Assembly: GCA_038325465.1 (NCBI GenBank)
Contig: JBBQJA010000001.1
Location: 148,499 to 212,498 of the forward strand
Direction of reading: 5' to 3'
DNA length: 64,000 nt
DNA from: Hyphomicrobiales bacterium
GTDB taxonomy: Bacteria > Pseudomonadota > Alphaproteobacteria > Rhizobiales > Rhizobiaceae
This document shows, piece by piece, positions 21,332 to 30,798 of this stretch (its first letter is position 1; each line of letters starts with the position of its first letter). The notes below the pieces were generated by a model, which did not search any database, was not told the DNA's origin, and saw only the letters and a program-made list of their open reading frames with translations. Made by a program: the position numbers and the translations under genes.

Positions 21332-21622
21332 TTATTCGGCTGCCATCACATGCAGGCTCGGCGCCATCCGCCCCTGCCTCAGAAGGCAGGCGCAGCGCAG
21401 CAGTGAGGTGAAGTTCGGTGCTTCGCCCTTCAACTGCAGCACTTCGGAATGCAGTTTTGACACGAAGGCTGGTGTCGTCATGCCTTCTTCACGGGCGATG
21501 TCGTCGACAATCTCCCAGAACGCCCGTTCGAGACGAATGCTCGTGCTCTGGCCGTTCAAACGCAGACGTCGGGTCATCGGCTCGTAGTCATCGACTTCCT
21601 GACTGGCAAATATATGGCACAT
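21332..21622 (-). CDS. Ribbon-helix-helix domain protein (RHH_4-like)
   Basis: ATG 21622 is preceded by GGGAGGA. The product is 96 aa. The segment STSIRLERAFWEIVDDIAREEGMT is typical of this small alphaproteobacterial family. Confidence 0.6.
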   Translation of the reverse strand: MCHIFASQEVDDYEPMTRRLRLNGQSTSIRLERAFWEIVDDIAREEGMTTPAFVSKLHSEVLQLKGEAPNFTSLLRCACLLRQGRMAPSLHVMAAE

Positions 21623-21789
21623 GGTCGTATCCTCCCAGATATCCTGCATTGCCCCCGACCTGCATGCTTTAAATCCCCATATGCAAAGTCTCGTCATGAG
21701 GTCGGAAAATCAAGACCCCGAAGTGATCTGCCACTGCAACTTTGGTCGTGCGGCCTACCGTCCGGGACGTGTCCTGATCCACCCTTGAT

Positions 21790-21897
21790 CTACAGCGCCG
21801 CTCGTCCGATCGGATGCGTGAATGCCGCTGGTAAACATTGAATGAATGCATGTACGTTACCGCACACATGACTCCATGTGTGCGCGACATGCATTAG
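21790..21897. repeat. Family A double-hairpin element, copy A3
   Basis: CTACAGCGCCG..CATTGAATGAATGCATGTACGTTACCGCACACATG..CATGTGTGCGCGACATGCATTAG. It lies in the gap upstream of the RHH gene and downstream of the RND gene. Confidence 0.8.
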
Positions 21898-22017
21898 CAT
21901 GATTTTCGCTCGAACGCCGACACGAATTTGTCCGGCGTGATTGGTGCGCAGCCAGGCTTGAGGGATCTGGCTGCGACGCGGGCGGCGCGGGCGAACGAAT
22001 TGCGGTCCCGAACCGGC

Positions 22018-25000
22018 TCAATGCTGACCGGCGGTCACGGGCGGAGCGTCGGTCACGGGCGGAGCGTCGGGCAGGGGCTCCTCGTCGGCTTCGGCGAGGT
22101 CTTTGGTCGCGATGTAGGTGTAGAACATCGGCACCACGAAAAGCGTGAACACGGTGCCGACCAGCACGCCCGCAAAGATGACGAGACCCATGGAGTAGCG
22201 CGCGGCGGCCCCTGCGCCAGAGGCTATGATGAGCGGCACGACGCCAAGCGCCATGGCGGCGGTGGTCATCAGGATGGGCCTGAGGCGGACCTTGGCGGAC
22301 GCGATGATGGCCTCGCGCCGATTGAGCCCGTGTTCAGCACGCTGCTGGTTGGCAAATTCCACGAGCAGGATGCCGTGCTTGGTGATCAGGCCTATGAGCG
22401 TGATGAGACCCACCTGGGTGTAGATGTTGAGGGTGCCCAGACCGAGATTGAGCGGCACGATGGCGCCGAAGATCGACAACGGCACCGACATCAGGATGAT
22501 CAGCGGATCACGGAAGCTTTCGAACTGTGCGGCAAGCACCAGGTAGATGACGACAATGGCCAGAGCGAAGGCGATCAGGATGGTGTTGCCCTGCTCGGCC
22601 TCGATGCGCGATTGGCCTGAATAATCGATGAAGAAGCCTTCCGGCAGGATCGGCCGGGCGATGGCCTGGATGCTGGCAAGACCATCACCGGTGCTGACGC
22701 CGGGAATCGGCAAGGCGGAAATGGTTGCCGAGTTCAGCTGGTTGAACTGACCGATCGAGGACGGAGCGACATCGGTGTCGATCGACACCACCGCTGACAG
22801 CGGCACCATCTCGCCGGTGGCGCTGCGGACGAAGAATTCGCCAAGACGGCCCGGGTTCTCGCGGTACTCGCGCGGGACCTGCATGATGATGTCGTAGCTG
22901 TTGGATTCGCGGTCGAACTGGGCGACAGCCCCGCCACCCACCAGCAGGCTCAGGGTGGTTCCGATGTCGCGAACCGGCAGGTTCAACGCAGCCGCCCGGT
23001 CGCGGTCGATGGTGATCGACACCTGCTGGGCATCATAGGACAGCGAGTTCTGAACGACGATGAAGCGCCCGGAGGCTTGCGCCTTCTGGCGGATCTCCTC
23101 GGCCACCTCGTAGACCTGGCTTGAATCGCCGGTCGACTGGATGACAACCGAAATCGGCAGACCGCCGCCCGCACCCGGCAGCGAGGGCGGGGCGAAGACA
23201 AAGGCCTGAACCCCGGGCACTGCTGCGATGCGGCCCTGAATGTCGGCCTGGATTTCGGCTTGCGAGCGGTCGCGGTCCGACCAGTCCTTGAGCGCCCAGA
23301 TGACGAAGGCGGAAGTGGTGGAGCCGCCCGAGCCGACGATGGAAAAATTCACCCGCACCTCGTCGATGGCGTTCGTGGCTTGCCGGATCTCGTCGGTAAA
23401 GTCGCTGGTGTAGCGGGACGTGGCATAAGGAGGCGCGTTGACGATGGCAAACAGCGCGCCCGAATCCTCGTCCGGCGCAAGTTCGGAGGACGTGTTGATG
23501 AACAGGTATCCGGTCAGCGCCACCAGCACGGCGACGATCATCATCGTCACCGGGCGATAATTGAGCGAGCCCGCCACCAGGCGCTCGTAGCCGTTGGAGA
23601 AACGCTCGAAGCCGCCATCGACGGCTTGCTGGAAGCGGCTGTGGTTGCCTGCCTTGAGAAGGCGTGCCGCCATCATCGGCGTGATGGTGAGCGCCACGAT
23701 GCCCGAAATGATCACCGCGCCTGAGAGTGTGACCGCGAATTCGCGGAACAGCGAGCCGGTCAGTCCACCGGTAAAGGCAAGCGGGGCGAAGACGGCGGCG
23801 AGCGTGATCGTCATGGCGATGACAGGGCCTGAGATTTCCCGCATCCCCTTGAACGCCGCCTGCTTGGGCGAGAGACCTTCCTCGATGTGGCGGTGGATGT
23901 TCTCGACCACCACGATGGCGTCGTCCACCACCAGGCCAATGGCGAGCACCATGGCGAGAAGGGAGAGAAGATTGATTGAGTAGCCAAGCAGGAAGAGGAT
24001 GAAACAGACCCCGATGAGGGACAGCGGAATGGTGACGATCGGCATCAGGACCGACCTGAACGAACCGAGGAACAGAAGAATCACGAGCACGACGATGATG
24101 ACCGCTTCGGAGATCGTGGTGAAGACCTCGGCGATTGATGCGCTGATCGATTGGGTGGCGTCATAGACCATGGTGACGGTCATGCCGTCGGGCAGGCTCG
24201 CCTGGATGGCGGGCAACTCGTCGATGACTGCAGCGGCCGTGTTGAGCGGGTTGGCCGCAGGCGTCGGGAAAATGGCGATGAAGATGCCTGGTCTGCCATC
24301 GAAGCTGACGATGGTGTCGTCGCTTTCGGCTGCCAGTTCCAGCCTCGCCACGTCGCGCAGCCGGACGATGTCATCGCCCTCGGCTTTCAACGGCAGGGCA
24401 CCGAAAGCTTCAGGCGTCTGCAGGGTTGATTTCAGCGTGATGGAATAGGCGACATATGCGTTTTCGGTCTTGCCGGGCGCGGACAGGAAATTGGACGCGC
24501 TGATGCCCGAGAGCACTTCGGCAGCCGTCAAGCCACGGGCAGCCAGCCGGATCGGGTCGATCCAGACGCGCATGGCGTAGTTGGCCGCGCCGAGAATCTG
24601 GATTTCCGCCACGCCCTCGATGGTGGAGACACGCGGGCGGATGACGCGCTGGATGTATTCGGTCAGCTGCTCGGACGTCATGTCGGGGTTCTGCATCGCC
24701 AGATACATGGTGGCAAACTGCATGCCGGTTCCCTTGACGATGGTCGGGTCTTCGGCTTCGGAGGGAAGCTGACCGCGCACCTGCTGAACCTTGGACATGA
24801 CTTCGGTGAGCGCGATGTCCGGATCGGCGCCCAACTGCATCTGGACGGTCACGACGCTTGCCGACGGGCGGCTCTGTGAACTTACATAATCGATGTTTTC
24901 GGTGGTCGAAACCGCCGCCGAGATCGGCGCGGTGATGAAACCCTGGATAAGATCGGCGCTCGCGCCCGGGTAGACGGTGGTGATGGTGATCACTGTCTCC

Positions 25001-25122
25001 TCGACTTCGGGATACTGGCGGACCTGCAGGTTGAACAGGCCTTGGAAACCCAGGAGCAGGATCATGAGAGCGAGCACGGTCGACAGGACCGGGCGGCGGA
25101 TGAAGATGTCGGAGATGTTCAT
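22018..25122 (-). CDS. RND-family efflux permease (AcrB/MexB-type, HAE1-like)
   Basis: 1034 aa with a 12-TM RND architecture. N-terminus is MNISDIFIRRPVLSTVLALMILLLG. The start overlaps the adaptor stop. Confidence 0.9.
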   Translation of the reverse strand: MNISDIFIRRPVLSTVLALMILLLGFQGLFNLQVRQYPEVEETVITITTVYPGASADLIQGFITAPISAAVSTTENIDYVSSQSRPSASVVTVQMQLGADPDIALTEVMSKVQQVRGQLPSEAEDPTIVKGTGMQFATMYLAMQNPDMTSEQLTEYIQRVIRPRVSTIEGVAEIQILGAANYAMRVWIDPIRLAARGLTAAEVLSGISASNFLSAPGKTENAYVAYSITLKSTLQTPEAFGALPLKAEGDDIVRLRDVARLELAAESDDTIVSFDGRPGIFIAIFPTPAANPLNTAAAVIDELPAIQASLPDGMTVTMVYDATQSISASIAEVFTTISEAVIIVVLVILLFLGSFRSVLMPIVTIPLSLIGVCFILFLLGYSINLLSLLAMVLAIGLVVDDAIVVVENIHRHIEEGLSPKQAAFKGMREISGPVIAMTITLAAVFAPLAFTGGLTGSLFREFAVTLSGAVIISGIVALTITPMMAARLLKAGNHSRFQQAVDGGFERFSNGYERLVAGSLNYRPVTMMIVAVLVALTGYLFINTSSELAPDEDSGALFAIVNAPPYATSRYTSDFTDEIRQATNAIDEVRVNFSIVGSGGSTTSAFVIWALKDWSDRDRSQAEIQADIQGRIAAVPGVQAFVFAPPSLPGAGGGLPISVVIQSTGDSSQVYEVAEEIRQKAQASGRFIVVQNSLSYDAQQVSITIDRDRAAALNLPVRDIGTTLSLLVGGGAVAQFDRESNSYDIIMQVPREYRENPGRLGEFFVRSATGEMVPLSAVVSIDTDVAPSSIGQFNQLNSATISALPIPGVSTGDGLASIQAIARPILPEGFFIDYSGQSRIEAEQGNTILIAFALAIVVIYLVLAAQFESFRDPLIILMSVPLSIFGAIVPLNLGLGTLNIYTQVGLITLIGLITKHGILLVEFANQQRAEHGLNRREAIIASAKVRLRPILMTTAAMALGVVPLIIASGAGAAARYSMGLVIFAGVLVGTVFTLFVVPMFYTYIATKDLAEADEEPLPDAPPVTDAPPVTAGQH
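22033..22068. repeat. 18-bp tandem duplication inside the RND gene 3' end
   Basis: GGTCACGGGCGGAGCGTC occurs twice in perfect copies. It encodes DAPPVT-DAPPVT in the cytoplasmic C-terminal tail. Confidence 0.9.
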
Positions 25123-26381
25123 CGGGCGCTGGCCTCCGTCGCCGCCGCAGGTGCGGTGTCTGCCGCAGCTGGTTGGGAAGCGTCGGTCTGAAGGGTGACC
25201 GGGCTGCCGTTTGACAGCCGGTTCTGGCCCACCGTGACGACACGGTCCCCGGCGGCAATTCCGGTTGCGATCTCCACCTGATCGCCACTGCGGCGACCGG
25301 TCTTGACAAAGACCTGCCGGACTTCAAGATCCACTTTGGTTTGAGGGGCGGCGGGTGTGCCAGATGCCGGTGGGACAGGTGCCGGTGGGACGGGTGCCGG
25401 TGGGACAGGTGCCGGTGGGACAGATGCCGGTGTGTCAGATGCCGGTGGGACGGGTGCCGCTGGGGCGGGCGTTCTGGGTTTCACCACATAGACATAGTCG
25501 CCATAAAGGCTTGTGACGACGGCGGTTTGGGGCAGGGCCACCACACCATTTTCCACCGGGAGTTCGATCTGGATCTGCACGAATTGTCCCGGCGTCAGGT
25601 TGCCGCCGGCGTTGTCGATCTTGGCCCGCACGGAGACCAGACGCGTGGCCGGATCAACTTTGGGATCAATGCCGCTTATGGTGCCGGAAAACGACATGTC
25701 GGCACCGCTCAGGCCCAGACGCACCGGCTGGCTGATCTCGAGAAGGCTGAGCTGCTGCTCGGGGACGGTGAAGTCGGCGCGCATGGTCTCCAGATCCTGC
25801 AGCGTCGCCACGGTGGCCCCTGGTGCGATATACTGCCCTTCGTCCACCCTCGGGATGCCGAGCGTCCCGGAAAAAGGTGCGATCAACTGCTTCTGGTCAA
25901 GCACTGCGCGCAGCTTGGCGAGCTGGGAGGACGAGGTGGACGCAGCCGCCTGCGCTGCCTCCAGCGATGCAGTCGTGCCGACGCCGCGCTGCTGCAATTC
26001 GAGCGAACGCTCGAGCGACTGCTTGTCGAGATCGGCCTTGATCTGCCCCGCGTCGAGATCGGCGCGCTCTACAGCGTCATCGAGCAGCACCAGCACGTCG
26101 CCCTTTGAAACACGCTGATTGGCCGTGAATCGGACTTCCTTGACAATTCCGGTCGTCTCCACGGTCAGGTCCACGCCGCGGGCGGCATTGACCGTGCCGA
26201 TGGCCTTGATGCTCGGCGTCCATGTCCCCGCCTCGGTCACCATCGATGTGACGACGACGCTGGGGGCCGGGGCATTGGCGAAGTACTGCTCGATGGCCTG
26301 GCTGCGGAACCGGTTGAAACCGACCAGTCCGCCCGCGATGGCTGCGAGAAGGACGAAAGCGATGAGAAAACGCTTGATCAT
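25119..26381 (-). CDS. RND efflux periplasmic adaptor (membrane fusion protein)
   Basis: ATG 26381 gives MIKRFLIAFVLLAAIAGGLVGF. It has the HlyD/AcrA-type lipoyl, coiled-coil and beta-barrel order. The longer ORF-track N-terminus is Arg-rich junk. Confidence 0.85.
   Translation of the reverse strand: MIKRFLIAFVLLAAIAGGLVGFNRFRSQAIEQYFANAPAPSVVVTSMVTEAGTWTPSIKAIGTVNAARGVDLTVETTGIVKEVRFTANQRVSKGDVLVLLDDAVERADLDAGQIKADLDKQSLERSLELQQRGVGTTASLEAAQAAASTSSSQLAKLRAVLDQKQLIAPFSGTLGIPRVDEGQYIAPGATVATLQDLETMRADFTVPEQQLSLLEISQPVRLGLSGADMSFSGTISGIDPKVDPATRLVSVRAKIDNAGGNLTPGQFVQIQIELPVENGVVALPQTAVVTSLYGDYVYVVKPRTPAPAAPVPPASDTPASVPPAPVPPAPVPPAPVPPASGTPAAPQTKVDLEVRQVFVKTGRRSGDQVEIATGIAAGDRVVTVGQNRLSNGSPVTLQTDASQPAAADTAPAAATEASAR
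25366..25470. repeat. 15-bp tandem repeat (7 units) inside the adaptor gene
   Basis: Seven contiguous copies or variants of GCCGGTGGGACAGGT. They encode a PAPVP-type proline-rich insert. Confidence 0.9.
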
Positions 26382-26608
26382 GAAAACACCGATCCCTTCA
26401 ATTCCGGTGTCCGGGCGGATTGGCCTGAAGGCGCACAAGGTCACCGGGCAACGGGGCTTGCAATTGCGAGCCGCACCACTGTGCCGTCTGGTCGGTACTG
26501 TCAAGGGAGCACGCGACCTTCGCCGATGACTCCTTCGAGACTTCAAGGCTCATGGGGCCGGTCCAACAAGGTAACTTGTGACAGCGGTGGCTCCGGCGCA
26601 TCAAGCCC

Positions 26609-26971
26609 GTGCCGGGGGCAAGAGGAGTGCGCGGGGTGATGGTTGAGCGGGAGACATCCTGGGACCCGATCCTTGCAGCCGCCGAGGCATTGGCTGAGGA
26701 AACCGGTGCCGGGAACCGGCTCCATGCTGCAGGCTTGCTGGCGGCCCTGGCCGAGGATCGCGGGTTTCTCGCTCCTGTCCAGGCGTTCCAGCGCAGCCTT
26801 CTGGATCGGATGACCGTGAATTTGCCCGATCCGGGAATTCCGATCATCATCTTCCTGGCTTTGCACGGGATGCGCAGCATGGAGCTTTTCGACGCCGAAG
26901 TGCTCACGGATGGGGAAACCGGGCAGGTTGTCAGCCGCATGCGTGACCTGGTCGGGTCGGTGGGTGGCTGA
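26609..26971 (+). CDS. Possible TetR-family C-terminal (ligand-binding) domain-only ORF
   Basis: This is the only protein-like frame in the gap; the sequence is helical and TetR_C-like. In-frame TGA at 26579 prevents any N-terminal HTH. It is divergent from the RND operon. Confidence 0.3.
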   Translation: MPGARGVRGVMVERETSWDPILAAAEALAEETGAGNRLHAAGLLAALAEDRGFLAPVQAFQRSLLDRMTVNLPDPGIPIIIFLALHGMRSMELFDAEVLTDGETGQVVSRMRDLVGSVGG

Positions 26972-27062
26972 GCAAATCGGCTGATCGGGCCTCGCTCCAA
27001 AGACATCAACATCTCGCGCGCCGGCCGAGCCATTGCACCGCGCCAGATTGCATCCGATCCGA

Positions 27063-27452
27063 TCAGCGCGTCTCGCCGAGGAGGCTCGCATGGGCGGAGA
27101 CGATCCGCCAACCATCGGGCGTGCGGATGAGGGTCTTGGTTTCCCGGCCGGTGGCGTGATCGCCGTCCCTTTGATATTCGGTATTTGCGGTGGCGAAATC
27201 CCGGCCGTAGGTGGTGATCAGGATATTGGTGAGCTTGCGGTCGAACTTTCCGAGTTTTCCGCTGCGGCGGAAGGCCGAGATATTCTGCCAGCCGGTCAGG
27301 TTCTCGCCGACGCCATAGCGGGTGGTGGCCGGACTGTTCCAGAAAATCTCCTCCATCACCGGGATGTCATTGCCGGTCAGCGCCGCCTCGTAGCGGTCGA
27401 AGGTCGCACGCACATCGGCGACAACATCGGGGATGTTGATCTCGTGGTCCAT
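27063..27452 (-). CDS. SnoaL-like / DUF3225 (AtzH/HpxZ-like) protein
   Basis: ATG 27452 is preceded by GGAGGGA. 129 aa. The start MDHEINIPDVVADVRATFDRYEAAL is typical of the NTF2-like fold. The upstream gene's stop lies 17 nt before it. Confidence 0.55.
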   Translation of the reverse strand: MDHEINIPDVVADVRATFDRYEAALTGNDIPVMEEIFWNSPATTRYGVGENLTGWQNISAFRRSGKLGKFDRKLTNILITTYGRDFATANTEYQRDGDHATGRETKTLIRTPDGWRIVSAHASLLGETR

Positions 27453-27469
27453 GGTGCGGCTTCCCTCCA

Positions 27470-28231
27470 TCAGCGCGTTTGTGTCATCCAGCCCAAGAGG
27501 TTGCGCCAGAGCAGGCCATATCCCTGCCAGTCGCAGAACTCCTGAGACAGCCAGTGCGGGCCGATGTCGCTGGTCCAGGCGGCGGTTCGGCCTTTGCCAT
27601 GGGTGCCCAGAACAAGCAGCGGATGGCCGCCCTGATCGGCCGGAAGGCGGGCAAGAACCTCTGCACCATCCTTGACCTCGACCTCGTTGACGCCGAGCAA
27701 TGCCGGCCAGTCGCCGGAAAGCCCCGCCAGCACCGGGTGCTCGGGCATCGTGAGGTCGGCCTGGCAACCTTCCGGGATCTCGACGCGGTCGTCACAGGGC
27801 AGACAGCTGACCGGCAGAACATCCTCGACCGGTGTGCGGCGCCAGCGGGCGCGCCCGTCGATGCCCTGGAAACTGAAATAGCCGCCCGCCATCAACAGCC
27901 CGCCGCCGTTGGCGACATAATCGCGGATAAGTTTGAGCCGGTTGGGGACAGTCTTGGACTGCAGCCAGACCTGCGGCGGCAGCAGAAGGGTGTTGGCGCC
28001 GATGTCTGACAGGATGATCGCGTCATAGCCCGACAATCCTGCCATATCAAACGGAAAGCCTTCTGCTGCCTCGTGCGCCTTCATGTAGACGATCTCGAAA
28101 TCAGACCCCGCGAGCGACTTGATCAGCGGATCAGCACCGGTGTGGAAGGTGACAGAGCCGAATTGGTCGAACCCCTTGAAATGGGTCGCGGCGCTGACCC
28201 AGCTTTCGCCGACGAGTAGGATCTTGGGCAT
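27470..28231 (-). CDS. Class I glutamine-amidotransferase-like fold protein (DUF1355/ThuA-like)
   Basis: 253 aa. The start MPKILLVGESW.. and GYDAIILSDIGANTLL, GGGLLMAGGYFSF match the GATase1-like 'putative cytoplasmic protein' family. Confidence 0.55.
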   Translation of the reverse strand: MPKILLVGESWVSAATHFKGFDQFGSVTFHTGADPLIKSLAGSDFEIVYMKAHEAAEGFPFDMAGLSGYDAIILSDIGANTLLLPPQVWLQSKTVPNRLKLIRDYVANGGGLLMAGGYFSFQGIDGRARWRRTPVEDVLPVSCLPCDDRVEIPEGCQADLTMPEHPVLAGLSGDWPALLGVNEVEVKDGAEVLARLPADQGGHPLLVLGTHGKGRTAAWTSDIGPHWLSQEFCDWQGYGLLWRNLLGWMTQTR

Positions 28232-28379
28232 GCGGCAGTCTCCCTGTTGGCCTCAGCCTGCTTTTTTTGCGGCGGGTAGGCAGTCATGCAATCTTGCACC
28301 GGTCGGTGTCGGGTGATCAATGGCTGATGCGGGCGGCCGGGTCTCGGCCGCCCGGGATGGTTTTCAGCCGCAGCCTCTC

Positions 28380-29891
28380 TCAGACCAGCTTGGCAAACTG
28401 CAGGCGCAGGGCGCCATCGGGATACTGCAGCCATTCGACAGCCTTCGTCGAGGCCTGCAGCACGGCGGGGAAAACGAGGAAGAGCATCGGCGCCTCCTCG
28501 GAAATGACCGCCTGGGCCTGGGCATAAAGCGCTGCGCGCTTGGCCTGGTCTGTTTCGGCCCGAGCCTGCCTGAGGAGGTCATCGACGCCTGCATTCTCCC
28601 AACCCGAGAAGCTGTTGGGCCCGCCGATGGTGAAATAATTGAACATGTTGCCGTCAGGGTCCGACCGACCGGACCAGGGCGACATGCAGAGTTCGAAACT
28701 CTTTTCTCTAAGCACCGTGATGAGGCTGGTGGCGTCGATCTGATTGATCGTCACCGCAAACCCGGCTTCGGCCGCCTGAGCCTGCATGATTTCGGCGATC
28801 CGGACGAAGATCGGCGAGTTGGTTACCGTGATGGCGACCGGCACATCGGCGGTCTGTCCTGCTTCGGCGAGCAAGGCCTTGGCGCCTGCGGCATCGCCGC
28901 GTGGGGCAGTCAGCGTGCTGTCGAACGCCCAGCCCATCGAGGGTGGGATCGGGCCGAAGGCCGGTGTGCCCGCGCCGAAATAGGCTGCCTGAAGGATGAC
29001 GTTCGGGTCGACCGCCATGGAGAACGCCTTGCGGACGCGGGCGTCGTTGAAGGGCGGTTTGGTGGTGTTGAAGGAGAAGGCGTTGAAACCGAGGCCCGAC
29101 GCCCTGGCAAGCGTCAGGTTGGCGTCGCCTTCGATCTGGGGAAGGGACTGCGGCGGCACGCCGTCGATCAGCTGGACAGTGCCCGAGCGCAGGTTGGTGA
29201 GACGGACGGTCTCATCGGAAATCGGCCGGAACACGATCTTCTTGATTGCCGGCTCGCCGCGCCAGTAACCCGGGAAGGCTTCAAGCACAAGTTCGGCGTT
29301 CTTCGTCCAGCTGACCACCTTGTAGGGTCCACAGCCAACGGCCTGTGTGGCGAAATTTTCGCCCAGTGCGGCCACGGCGGTGGGGGAGACCATCATGCCG
29401 GCCCGGTTGGACAGAACCTGCAGGAACGGCGCAAAGGCGCTCTTGAGCTTGATGGTCACCGTCAGCGGATCGGTGACTTCGACGCTTTCCACAGGACCAA
29501 GATCGTTGGCGCGGGGCGAGCCGGTGGCCTTGTCCATCATGCGGTCGAAATTGGCCTTGACGGCTGCCGCATCGAGCGTGGTGCCGTCATGGAAGGTCAG
29601 GCCTTCGCGGAGTGTGAAGACATAGGTCTGCGGATCGGGTGACTGAGCGGTGGCGAGGCCCGGCTCGACCACGAGTTCCGGCGTGACGTGGACCAGCGGC
29701 TCATGGATGTTGTACTGGACGGCGATCTCGAAGAAGGAGGCCATCATCGCCGGATCGAGCGTGGCCGGATCGGACACCACGGCAACCGTCAGTGTGCCTG
29801 CGTCCTGGGCGAAGGCAAAGCCCATGTTCATGGAGGGCAGGATCAGGGCGCTGGCAGCGACCGTGTGGAGGAATGTGCGTCTCTTGAGCAT
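28380..29891 (-). CDS. ABC transporter substrate-binding protein, family 5 (peptide/opine/nickel type)
   Basis: ATG 29891 follows AAGGAA. The signal carries a KRRTFL motif. Family 5 SBP blocks are present (TLDPA.., GPYKVVSW.., LEAFPGYW). Confidence 0.85.
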   Translation of the reverse strand: MLKRRTFLHTVAASALILPSMNMGFAFAQDAGTLTVAVVSDPATLDPAMMASFFEIAVQYNIHEPLVHVTPELVVEPGLATAQSPDPQTYVFTLREGLTFHDGTTLDAAAVKANFDRMMDKATGSPRANDLGPVESVEVTDPLTVTIKLKSAFAPFLQVLSNRAGMMVSPTAVAALGENFATQAVGCGPYKVVSWTKNAELVLEAFPGYWRGEPAIKKIVFRPISDETVRLTNLRSGTVQLIDGVPPQSLPQIEGDANLTLARASGLGFNAFSFNTTKPPFNDARVRKAFSMAVDPNVILQAAYFGAGTPAFGPIPPSMGWAFDSTLTAPRGDAAGAKALLAEAGQTADVPVAITVTNSPIFVRIAEIMQAQAAEAGFAVTINQIDATSLITVLREKSFELCMSPWSGRSDPDGNMFNYFTIGGPNSFSGWENAGVDDLLRQARAETDQAKRAALYAQAQAVISEEAPMLFLVFPAVLQASTKAVEWLQYPDGALRLQFAKLV

Positions 29892-29943
29892 GGTGGTTCC
29901 TTCTTTGGGGGTGTGGACGGATACGGGATGTGGCCGTAGCGGG

Positions 29944-30798
29944 TTAAGTTTCACGCGGGTCGAAAAGATCGCGCAGCGCGTCTCCAACAAGATTGAATCC
30001 GAGCACGGTCACGAAGATCGCCATGCCCGAAAACCAGGCGAGCCAGGGAGCGAGATCGAGAAAAGCGATGGAATTGCGCAGCATGTTGCCCCAGGTGGCC
30101 GTCGGCGGCTGAGCGCCCAGGCCCAGGAAGGACAGGTAGGACTCAGTAATGATCGCCGAGGCGAACAGCAGCGATCCTTGCACGATCAGGGGGGCTGCGA
30201 TGTTGGGCAGAATGGTGCGCGTGAGGATGTTGACCGGTCCGAACCCAAGCGCGCGCTTGGCTTCCACGTAGTCGAGGTTTCTGACGACGAGCGTCTGGGC
30301 GCGGGCAATGCGGGCAAAGACCGGCAGGTTGACGACCGCAATCGCAAGAATTGCATTTGTGAGGCTTGGTCCGAGCACAGCGGTGATCGCCAGCGCCAGC
30401 AGAACGCTCGGGAAAGCAAAAATCACATCCATCAGCCGCATGATGATGGAATCGAGCCAACCGCCCACATACCCGGCGATGCTGCCGAGCGCGGCACCGA
30501 GAACCAGTGCACTCGCCACGCTGAAGGTGCCGACCAGGAGTGAAACCCGCGCGCCATAGAGAATTCGGGTGAACACGTCGCGCCCCAGATCGTCGGTTCC
30601 CAGCGGATGGGCAAGCGACGGGCCTTTCAGAATGGCCACGAAATCGGGCTTGTCGGGGAGATAGGGCGAGAGCAAAGGCGCAAAGAGGGCGGCAAACACG
30701 GCAAGGCCGACCAGAAAGAGCCCAAGCGCCGCACGCCGGTTGGCAAGCATGGCGGCCAGCCGGGGCGCGCGGCTCCTGAGGGCGAGAGAAGCGTTCAT
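29944..30798 (-). CDS. ABC transporter permease (DppC/OppC-type)
   Basis: The start overlaps the DppB-like stop in ATGA. The N-terminal TM is followed by the HPLGTDDLGRDVFTRILYGAR motif. Confidence 0.9.
   Translation of the reverse strand: MNASLALRSRAPRLAAMLANRRAALGLFLVGLAVFAALFAPLLSPYLPDKPDFVAILKGPSLAHPLGTDDLGRDVFTRILYGARVSLLVGTFSVASALVLGAALGSIAGYVGGWLDSIIMRLMDVIFAFPSVLLALAITAVLGPSLTNAILAIAVVNLPVFARIARAQTLVVRNLDYVEAKRALGFGPVNILTRTILPNIAAPLIVQGSLLFASAIITESYLSFLGLGAQPPTATWGNMLRNSIAFLDLAPWLAWFSGMAIFVTVLGFNLVGDALRDLFDPRET

Noticed and set aside
26398-27115. Minus-strand ORFs of 190 and 237 aa in the gap upstream of the RND adaptor
   Set aside because: They are Arg/Pro/Ser-rich and low in complexity, with no motifs. 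They overlap the more protein-like plus-strand frame and the 3' end of the DUF3225 gene.
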